Assembly: GCF_036321535.1 (NCBI RefSeq)
Contig: NC_087437.1
Span: 85,004,001-85,068,000, forward strand
DNA length: 64,000 nt
Source: Camelus dromedarius
Lineage: Eukaryota
Reading direction: 5' to 3'
The position numbers and the translations under genes were made by a program. Below the pieces are notes generated by a model that had not been told where the DNA came from, searched no databases, and saw only the letters and a list, made by a program, of their open reading frames with translations. Shown here in pieces: positions 25,356-36,116 of this stretch (the stretch's first letter is position 1; every line of letters starts with the position of its first letter).

Positions 25356-28300
25356 AATAATACAGTACTTTGTTATGCTGTAAGGAAAAATGGACATTCT
25401 GTTAAACTTAGATTTCATTATACTGCATGCACATCATAATTTATAAACAGTAGTTTATAAAGTGACGGTGAATGATTACTTCTAGATCTTACACTATAGG
25501 ATAGCAATAATAGTAATAATAATAGCAATAATAATAATACATGATAATGATAGTAAAATTGCAGTTAACATCAGTACAAAGCAACAGATTAAAATATTAA
25601 TGGTAAAAATCATGTAAGCATTCATAAAAGAAAAGGAAACTTCTGGACAGAGTGACCAGGAAATCAGGGAAAATATTAATCCATTCTTTTATTCAACATT
25701 TGTTTAATATTTCATATGAAGCAGGCACAAGGCTTGGAGGCATGAATTAAAAGATGATATTTGATAAACTGGTCTTCTTCTGTGTATCACAGACTGACAG
25801 CATTGTTTTGAGGACACACATACATGCAACTAAATATATTTTCATGATTCATTTGACAGAAATCATTCATTGGACAATTTTTTAAAATGAAACATCATGA
25901 GACTATCTGGGTTAGCTGACTTGTGGAAAACTAGAAAGTTTCGTCACTCGGTAAGTACAAATTTATTATTTCTATTTGTCAAGTATTTCTGGGACAGAAA
26001 GGATTTTCCTTCCTGCTTTTAATTGCTTCTAGTCTAATAGAAGAGCAAGAGGAAACAATTCCTTAAATCTTAAAAGGAAGCCATGGATAAGAGATGAAGT
26101 ACAGAGCCCAGCACCCAGGTCATTCAATTCTGTCTCACTGGGATTTTTAAAACGACTCTGAGGAAGAGTAACCAAACTTTTGTAATAATAAAATATATGC
26201 ACAAACATTATAAACAAAAAATTTAAATAAAGGAAATGGAACAGCACAGAGAGATAAGAAATAAGGGAAAAATAGTAACTTTATAATTTATCCAGATATA
26301 AATTTCAATATTTCATTTTTGAACTGCAACCAAAATATTGCAATGACTTAAATTTATAAATAAAGGTATGCTAGAATTTTCGAAGTGTCATATGAATGCA
26401 GAGGCTAAATATTTGTTTTTTCTGGAATATAAAGGAATGTAGATACTAGATGTTTTACCACCACTGATCACAGAAACCTACAAAAACTGAAGTTAAGGCG
26501 GAGCCCTCTCTAGAGAATTTCACAGCTGAATTGGCTGACTGATTTGTATTTTAAGAAAGATAATTACAATTTAAAAGAAAGAGAGGTAGCTGAATGTAAA
26601 ACAAAGTTGGAATCAATAGCTAGGGAATGTTAGTGTGATGATAAGTGAATCCTAGAATTCCATGTGATTTAATTAAGCATTATGAACACAGTGCCTTGTA
26701 GAACAAGTTGCTTGTATCTGGTCCAGTTATTTGAAACCTGAAGATTCAATCACATATATTTGACATATTTCAGATAGTCTGTTACAGTATTTCTAGATCC
26801 ACGCAGTTCTCAGACCTACTCTGGTAGAACACATTGAATCAGAACTACAAAACCTTCGGTGATATTTAATTTCTCTACATGATTTGGGCAGTCCTTCCTA
26901 TTACATATCTCTAGTTGGATATCTTCAAGTGTAGTAAGAAATGCCAGCTGGTTTTGCTTGTTTGTTTTGAATTTTGGCTTCTTCAACCTGAAAAATGCAA
27001 TTATTAGGGCTGGTCAAAGTTGTTTTTCTTGACTTTGTTTTTTCTTTACTTCTTTATTTGTTTCTGAAGGTAGTAAAATGTTGGATACTTACAATGCCTA
27101 GGTTTCTTCTTCACTGACTATTAGACATGATTTACAATTAGAAAAAGCCCTAAGTCACAAAATAATAGTAATAAGAATATTATTGAGTATTATTAACTAT
27201 GTATTTACTAGCATATAATACCTCTACAAACTTTATTAAATAACCAGAGAGTGTATACTTTATAATTTCAGTTTAAAATTTCTCAGTGCAAACAAAGGTA
27301 TTATGATTGAAGGAAGCTTTTCATCATCTTCATTCACCTTTCATCTGATCTTTATGCTCTTTTCTCTTGGTAGTTACTTTTTATTTATTGATAGATATCA
27401 CCTAGGCAGAATGTTTATCTCACAATAAAGGACATTTGCATGCAATAAGGGATATGACAGCATCTAAAATATTTATAATGTCCTTCAGGTGCTTTGCAAT
27501 ATGTTGAAATGCATACATTTTTGGATTTTAGGTATTGTGACATATGTTAACACAATTCGGTGTCTAGATATGAAGGCTTTGCGTAATAGTGCTACTATAT
27601 AAAACCTCAAAAGGGCAAAATGGGTTCCAGGAAGAAATAATTGCTACATATTAAATTCATCAAAATTGTTTTTCTTTAAGCCAATCTTAATAAGGAGATT
27701 AACTCTTTTAGAGACTTTTGAGATCTTTTCATTTAAATGTCAAGTCATGCTGCTAGCTGAAAGTTTGTGTGGGCATTTGGGAATTGAAATGAACAGCTCA
27801 AGTGGGTAAGCACTTAGCCTCAATATGGACTGATAATGACTACAGGTATAAAAAATAGGAGGAGGGAACCCCTGCCTACCTTTTGTTTCTAATGGAATAG
27901 TTGAATGACAGGATTGCACATTGTCACAATAGCACAAATGCTGCCCTACACTCGTTGACCTTAATCCAAACACTCCATAATGAACCTCCTTTTCAGTGTT
28001 GATTATGCCATTAGCTATATTTGAAGCTTGTTAGTACAAGTACTGTTGATTGCCTTTAGCTGTGCTTTAGCCTTTCGATAGTATTTTTTCTTACTCAATA
28101 GGAATTCTTTATTGAGTTAAAAAAAATCGTCCAGTTTTTCTCCTCTCCAGTAAGTACCAATCAATATTCCTAAGATGGAGAAAGTAAAACAAGATTACAT
28201 GGTGCATATTTCAAGTTTAATTATGGTGTATGTGTTTGTGTGGGGGTGTGTGTTAGAGAGAAGAGAGAGGATATGGCCTATTAAATCTATGAATTATATC

Positions 28301-28389
28301 ATGACTATGGTCCTAAAAAATTACTGTATACTTTAAGGAATGTATGCTTTATTATGAAAAATTTGTATAAATAGTTTACATTTTATTTT

Positions 28390-29105
28390 ATTTTAGATTG
28401 GTCCATTTTACCCAAATTTTTATTTTGAGATTCTCTGTACCTACAGAAAGTTCAAGGGACATTAAACACTTGTATACCCTCCACAGAGGTTCACAGAATG
28501 TTACTGGTTTGTCAGATTTTGCTACATTTGGTCCCCATCTTTTGTATCTTTTTTTCCTTCTTGCTGAAAAAGTTGAGAGTAATTTGCAGACCTACTTATA
28601 TTTCTTCATTAAATTCTTTAGAATACATTTGTCCACTAATACAATACCATGATCACTCCTGGGGATTTGACACTGATAAATATACAGATAAATAAATAAA
28701 CAAACAAATGAGTTGTTCAATATATAGTCAATATGCATGTATATATAAATTTTTTTTTTTTAATTTTGTAATGTGTTTCATGACATTTACAGTATTTAGT
28801 GGTCTAGTCCATTGCCTTACAGAAGGGATCATACTTGCTGTGTTTGATTGTTTCAACATTAGATTGAGGATGCACACACACATACATACAGACACACAAA
28901 TATACTTTGCAAGGCTGCTCAAACCAAGGTGGTTTTTGTTTTCCATTGCATCACATAAGAGGACACATAAATGTCAGATGATTTCTATGATCGGCAATGT
29001 CAATTTTGATCACTTGGTTAAGGTGACGTCCCCAGGCCTCTCCATTTTAAAGGTACAATTTATTCTTATAATTAAAATGTCATCTTTGGGGGGGTGATAT
29101 TATTA
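28390..29105 (-). mobile_element. L1MC4-like 3' UTR fragment
   Basis: ctacagaaagttcaag...; gcatcacataagaggacacataaatgtc...ttttgatcacttggttaaggtg...ctccattttaaaggtac. Confidence 0.7.
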
Positions 29106-29185
29106 AGTCATTTCATCTAGGTTTTTAAATGTATTTGCATAGAGGTATGAAATTAACTTTTCATTAATCATTTTATTCAATTTAT

Positions 29186-29223
29186 AAATTTTAATTGTTA
29201 AATCATTTTAACAATTAAAATTT
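29186..29223. repeat. Perfect 17-bp inverted repeat, 4-nt spacer
   Basis: aaattttaattgttaaa-tcat-tttaacaattaaaattt. Confidence 0.95.
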
Positions 29224-31314
29224 CCCCATGTGATTCTTTTAAATGCTAATACATTGTGATGTGTAATATTCTTTTATCATTTTTTAAATTTATTCTTCAA
29301 TTTCAGTTTATAGTTTGTGTTTCTTCCAGAAGTCACTTAATAAAGAGATCATAAATTTCAAAGAAGAATCTTTTTTCTTTTAATTAATATTAACTATTAA
29401 TATTTACTATTATTAATAATATTAATTAATATTTGATAATTTACCATTAATAGTTTACATTAATTAACTATTAATGTAATGTATAGATCATGGCCTTGTG
29501 ATCAGAAAATTTTTTTTCATTTTTGGAATTTGTGGAACTTAATTAAACTTTTCTTAGATGACCTAATACATACTCAGTTTTCAGGAATGATCCATGTGCA
29601 ATTGAATAAAACACAGGAAATGAAAGTATACAAAATAAGATGAGGTGAAATGAACAAGAACAGTAAGCATATAAACACATGAGAATGGTTAGTGCCTATA
29701 TTATGTCAGATTTATGCAGAGGCCAGATTTTTGTTATAACTGCCTAATATTAAGGCAATACATAAATACTGAATTGGTGAGACTGACTAAATAGTTCTAT
29801 AGTTCTCAACACAATGGCTTAAAAATCATGAAGATTGTTTTTACAGTAGCAAAGAAAACAGATGAAAAATTATTTCAGAGACTGAAAGAATAGTGAGAAG
29901 GTAACAACAAAATAGATCAAAATAATGCATTCTTAGTAACAGGTCTTTCTGTAAATTATTTCTGAAATGATTTACTTCACTATGGCATTGTCAAATAATC
30001 TGGCTTCTCAAACTGCATATAAAATACTTTATAATAATAATTTTTAAGAAAGCCATTGACATTAAGATTGAGTAAAACTAGACTGAATAGTATCATGATT
30101 CAAGAATACTATGTTTTGTCATATGATCTGACTGATTTATGCTGAGAGAAACTTTAGTGTACCTGAATAGCCAGTTTTCACTAAAATCATGTTTGTTAGT
30201 TTTACTGAATTTATAAAAGTCCATTTTAAATAGTCTAACAGTTGTCCCTTGTTCATAATGTTGTCTTAAAAGACACCATAAGCTATTATTGCTCAAAGAA
30301 TAAGTGGCATTGTGCCATTTATAATGCAAATATAAGAGCATGGCTATCTTGACAATCAAATGAAATTTAATATTAATAAATAAAATAAATATATATTTAA
30401 TTTAAAAATCAATAAATTAATATTGCTTATTCAGTATCTTTACTAGTATTCAGCAGATTACAGAAAGTTTTAAAAGACACAAGTGTTTTTCCACTCAAAA
30501 ATTATCCGAGGACACTACTTGAAATTAGGAGAATAATCACTAAACAATAGGAAAAATCAAAATAAAATTTCATTAAATCGTTAGTTAAAATATACTAATA
30601 TAACAATAAAATAAATAAAAATCTTGAAATTCTGCACTGGTAACACTATATGTTAGTCTAAGAAAGATAACTGAAGCCTAATCATCATAAATTATTCAGG
30701 AAAGGAAGTATGATGTTGAAGACCGGATCCTCCTCGGAGCTGGGTAAGTAAATTAACCCCTCACTCTAGCATTTCCCAGGTGATAGCCAAGGCTCCTTAG
30801 GTCTGAAATCAATTTGAGGACATGACAATATGCTTGACAGCACAACTGTTTAGGGAATACCTTTACTGAAACTTTGGTCAAAGTTATCCAGTGTAAGTTC
30901 ATTTCTGTCGGTGATTCTTGACCTTTCTGGGGAAATCAGCAATTTGTAATTTTCCTGGAGCTATGAGATCACAAGAGTGAGGATGAGCTTCATGTTTTTT
31001 TTGAGTATGGAGAAAATAAAGGAACCAGGGTGTGGCTCCGTCGTTTGCTTCTTCTACTAACAGATAGCAGAGAGAATTTTAAAAGGAGTGAGAAGCACAT
31101 ATAACAAATAGCTTCAGACTCTAAAGGATAATTTCAAGATTGACTGGGAGATTAGTCTTTGCTGAAGAACTTTACATAAAGAAAATAAAACAGCAGGAAT
31201 ACAACAATAGTATTCACTGTCTCTAGGTGTAGAGAGTAAAAAGGCGCTTTAGTATCGAACTTCTTACAATAAGATGTAACTTTCAAAACATATATTGAAA
31301 AGCAATAGACAGTA

Positions 31315-31530
31315 CAGGGCTTGGGCTTTGGAGTGTGCCAGTCTGGTTCAAGTCTCAGCTTGGTCACTACCTGGCAACATTTTATTAACTCTACCTGGGT
31401 TCCGCCTGCAAGTTGGGATAATAATTGTGAGGTGGTTGTCAGAATTAAAATATATTGTATGAGTGAAAAGGACTTAACATATTTCCTGACATACATTGTG
31501 TCCTCAGTAAATAGAAGCTTTGATTATTAA
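31315..31530 (+). mobile_element. MIR SINE
   Basis: ggctttggagt...ggttcaagtctcagct...ggtggttgtcagaattaaa...ctcagtaaat, near full-length MIR layout. Confidence 0.75.
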
Positions 31531-31554
31531 AATAGTAGTTTGATGAACACATTT

Positions 31555-31800
31555 ATCCTTCAACCTACAAACTTCCATTCATTCATGTAGTGAGAGTCCT
31601 TCCAAGAGATACATACTCTGTTAAGCATTGAGAATACAGCAGTGGATAGGACAGGTCACCTCTGCTCTATGCCACTCGGTTAGCAAAGGAGAGACACATA
31701 AAATATTAGCACACAATTATAATTGCGTAGCTACAAAAAAGTCCTGTAAGGAAAAGTTTACAAGATGCTCTAAGAGGGAATAATGGAGCGATCAAACTGG
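31555..31800 (-). mobile_element. L2 3' fragment
   Basis: cattcattca...ctgttaagcattgagaatacagcagtggataggacag antisense L2 tail. Confidence 0.55.
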
Positions 31801-33025
31801 AAAAAGTGCTCCAAGACCTCCAGGACCAAATTTATTTGATTTGAATTTATTCATAATTAAGATTTTCCTGTTCAAGTCTCTTAACAGTGATAAAGTGACC
31901 TTTGCAAAACATTTCCAGGTTAACTTTGTTCCCAGTAATATATGTTAATATCCAGTGGCAAATTTTGCATAATGCATACTGTTTAGGAAGAAGGAATACT
32001 ACTTTAAAAGCTGGCTGGAGCTTTGGTTATTTATATTCAATCACTAGATTGAAAGAGAGAGGTCTTTGCTTTATAAAAGTGTGTTGATTTTTTCCTGTTC
32101 TTGTTATAATAATGTTTGTGGCATTCTTATTGTTGGTATGAATTTACATGGCTAATTTCATTAAGTGCAGTTTTAGATGAAAAAATATTTTGATCTGCAT
32201 AATAAAATGAAAGACTATTATGTTTTCAAAGTGAGCTAGTTGGGGTATCGGGGGTCATTGTCAAGGGAAAGAAATTTGAAGAAATGAACAGTTAGTGAGC
32301 TAGGACTCTGTAGAGATAAGAAAGGAGAAATTCCCGAGGGTTCCTTGTGGTGAGAGATGACTAGTTAATTCTGAAAAACAATTGTATCTGCCTTTCAACC
32401 CAAAGTTGTTTCTAATGAGGTGCAGTATTTATGCGGTGTATCACCAAACCTTCAATAAAGACTGTTATTGGTGTATGACATAGCTCTTCTTTTGGGTAAT
32501 GAAAAGGAAACTGTTCCACACTCAGTTTAAAGTAGAGCAGAGGCAGGACAGCAGCCATCAAAGGGAAATAGTGAGCAAGGGTCAAACATGTAATAGACAC
32601 AGAATTTTGGTGAAAATGAAGACCACTGTTTTGTAACCCCTTCACCCCATACCCTGCCTTCAGGACCTAAAAATACAAGTAAGAAAGGAAGTGAAAATGA
32701 GTACTCAAATTAGTTCTTACAATGTTTAAAATAAAGATGACCTTGAAAGATTAGAACTCATGGGGACATTTGAATCATAAGTGAATTTAAAAGCATTTAC
32801 GTAGTCTGCAAATAATTTATTAATATAGAAATTCTCACTGATTCAGAATAGTATTAAAGACACTACATAAGATAAATATTTATGTTGAACACCAAAACAA
32901 ATTTCATTACTCACTCAGTGGGTCAGATGTATTAACACGGTGATCACCACATCATCCAAAAATCTGGGTGGCAGTTGTGTTTCTTCACAGGGACCCAATC
33001 CACAGTGGGCAATCAATGTGTTGAA

Positions 33026-33116
33026 ACACACACACTCACACTCACACACACACACTTAACTTGCACGTGCACTTACACATACTTACTTACACACACACTT
33101 ACCCGTGCCCACACAC
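33026..33116. repeat. Degenerate CA-rich simple repeat
   Basis: interrupted (CA)n. Confidence 0.8.
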
Positions 33117-33239
33117 AAAAATGATGCATATAAAAGTGACATAAAAGAATTGGTATAAGTAAACGAAGTGTGTAAGAAATTCAGCTTCAATTTTGTGAGC
33201 CATATGCTATAAAAATGGAGACAGCGTGGACATTTTATT

Positions 33240-33773
33240 AACCATGTTTTCTAGTTTCTGTATGTGATGTTTTGACTTGTGGGGCCTTTCTGACCACCCA
33301 GGGCTGGCCAATTCTTAGACAGACAAATGATTCTCCGGTGAGCATATACAGACTAAACAATACAGCCCCCATACATTCCAATTTTCTTCTTTATTGACTT
33401 TTACATTTGGGTTACTATCTTCCTCCCTGATCACCCTAGGGCCACATATCAGACAGTGAGGGGCAGTCCCCGTACTCTAAAGTTTGATGAAATTATCCAA
33501 ACCAGCCAATCCTAAACCTGCTTAGGCTGCTTGCCCTGCCTTGCCCATCCCTTCCCTCTAAACCCACAATAAAGGCTCTCCTGCAGTCCCTCACCTGCCT
33601 GCCTGCCCCATTAATATCTCTGTATTCTACTGTGTGACCCTTCAAGGCAGAGTGACCCCTTCTATTTCAAAATAAAGCACGTTGGGTCATAAACTCTCTT
33701 TTCAATGGCAATTATATCCTGTTATGTCAGCCTCACCATAACTGAATACTAATAAATCCTATATTCTAGAACA
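33240..33773 (+). mobile_element. ERVL solo LTR (LTR47-like)
   Basis: gggctggccaattcttagacag...ccagccaatcctaaacctgctt...cccacaataaaggctct; CCAAT boxes and AATAAA present. Confidence 0.7.
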
Positions 33774-34914
33774 GATCTATTTTACATAGATTAATCAAGA
33801 AAAGTCAATCTGATAACACTATTCCATGCTTTTAGATCCATCAACTGATCCTCCTTACTTACTCTTAGAATGCCAAGGAGCTTATATAAATAAAGCTGTA
33901 AAATTATACATTGGATCTTAGTTAAAAAGAAAGTAGCTGGGAAAATTCAAAAAGAAGACCAGTCCCCTTTGAATCAAAGCAACACCTTAGCATAATTTTT
34001 TAAAAAATTTACCTCAAGATGTACCTTAGAATAAATGTGTACCCATTATTGGTCCATATAAATTTAGAGGCTAAAACTTAAATATTTTATTTTATTTTAT
34101 TAATATAAATTGGGGCAGGGCTATGAGGAAATGCTAAAGAGTAAATCCAATTGGCTATGGGTGCTGAGGATAAAAAGATAAGCAGCAAATGGAAACAGAG
34201 CTAATTAAATTTAAAATCATTTGAACAAAGTCACTATGAGATGAAGAAACATGACCACTACCAATGAAAACTTAAACATATTTTAATTGAAAATAATTTT
34301 TACATGTCCAAGTATAACTATTTCTAGAAGAATTCATATTACTTGTCATTTTTTAAAATTGGCATTTTGGTCAACAGACTAATATTGACTCACTTAGCAA
34401 TAGTAAAGCAAGGTTGTATTCACAGTATAAAGAAGAGTTTTTAAGATCGGAGACATCAGGATCAGACAAAAACAGCTTTGCTCTGTTCAGTCATTTAAGA
34501 TGACTAAAAACATTGCCAGTTTATGATTGGTTTATACACCAAGAATGCCTAAATTGTGGCAGAATTCTTTGCTCTCAGAAATACTTTTAATGAGGTGAGA
34601 AGTTTTTCAAACAAACAAGTGAAAACTATCCTTTCATAAAGATTACTGTGAAAATAAAGCAATTTCTGTCAGTGAAATGTTTTAAATACCACAACACTGC
34701 TAGAGGAATTTATTTCAATATGAAGAGCATGGTCTGTGTTGATGAATACTACTGTATATTTTTACGTATTGATTGTCTAATTTTTTTAGAATATTCAAAT
34801 ACCAGTTAAGAGTTCATCATTTCTGTTGGTTTTAGATGTTAAATATATTATTCAAAGGCTAACTTGGATCACATTAAAAAGAATACAGTTTAACATTTTA
34901 TCTGTGTTATTATA

Positions 34915-35434
34915 GTATTGGGGATAAAGAAAATTTCCTCTGCCCTTCTAGGTCTTCTGGGTGGTCTAAAAATTAAATTGACATAAAACAAATTAACAGG
35001 ATAAAATTAAACAAAAATTTAATAACATATATACATGGGAGAGACCCAGGAAAACTGAGTGACTCACCAACATGGCCTCACCTTAAATACCATTTTCATC
35101 TACAGACTTAGTAGTGGTTTGGGATTTCAGACTGACATGGAGATGGGAAAGCAGTTATTTGGTAAATAAATGTCTGTTGGGTCATACAGAGACTGTAGGA
35201 CACAGAGGACTTTTAACAGACTGCTAGGTTCCTCCCTGTCTACACACCTAGATCATTCTGTAGTTATCAGTGATGTCAGATCCCTTCCTAGAACAGGTCC
35301 TCTGCCTGTATTCTTCAGGCAGTTCGGGGAAAGTCAAAATTTCTTCCTGAGTCTTTTTGGTCTTCATTGTTTTCAGTTCAAAATAATCCACATGCCGAAG
35401 AGACATTTTAGGGTGGCAAATTTTGCTCCCCTAT
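34915..35434 (-). mobile_element. ERV1-class solo LTR (MER34/LTR39-like)
   Basis: aattaaattgacataaaacaaattaacagga...cagttcaaaataatccacatgccgaagagacattttagggtggcaaattttgctcccct. Confidence 0.7.
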
Positions 35435-35509
35435 AGCCCCACTAATTATTTTTAAATTACAGTTACCACAGATGTATATTGTACATCAAAAAAATGTGGA
35501 AATGTCACT

Positions 35510-35700
35510 CACTGTAGTGTAGAAACTGAGCTTCTGGTTTCTGATTTGCACGCCTACTATATACCAGATGATTTGGGGAAAGTTATTTAATCTGTCTATA
35601 TCTAACTTCTTCTTCATAGTAAAGGCTACAGAGATACCTGTCTCCTAACCTTCTTGTTAAGTTTGAATGGGAAGTAAAATTTAAAGCATCTAATAGCTAA
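35510..35700 (+). mobile_element. MIR fragment
   Basis: atgatttggggaaagttatttaatctgtct MIR core. Confidence 0.55.
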
Positions 35701-35729
35701 TGCTGTCTATTTGAGCTCTTTTCTTATGC

Positions 35730-36116
35730 CCTGGGCCTTCCCATGTTAGTGCAGCTTTCAGTGCCAGCACTCACATTTTTCTCTGTAACTTCCTATGACT
35801 GCTTGAGTCTACCTCACTTCCTCCGTGGCATGCTGAATATAGCTACAGGAATACACGCTCTCCAGGAGCAGCCCTCCACACTGACTCACAGAATGAGGGT
35901 TTAAATATCCCAGTACTCTAACTCCTCATTTGTGTTTACACTAGTACTGGGGAATCAGTAGACATCATCTCTGGCTGCTCACAGGGGTAACTAGCTTACA
36001 ACAGATCCATGTCTTACTTCCTTTCCCTGGGTTATTTTCCCACTCACATAAGTTTTTTGTTTGCTTGTTTGTTTCTCAAATCAGTGTCAGCATCTGGAGG
36101 ATCTCACACTGATACA
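35730..36116 (+). mobile_element. ERVL 5' LTR (LTR16-like)
   Basis: ccaggagcagccctcca...aaatatcccagtact...gctcacaggggtaactagctt...; ends ...cacactgataca followed by a degenerate Leu-type PBS (ccagaagtggtt). Confidence 0.65.

Noticed and set aside
28708..29097. 129-aa ORF
   Set aside because: Lies in an L1MC4-like 3' UTR and a CA-rich repeat; no domain.
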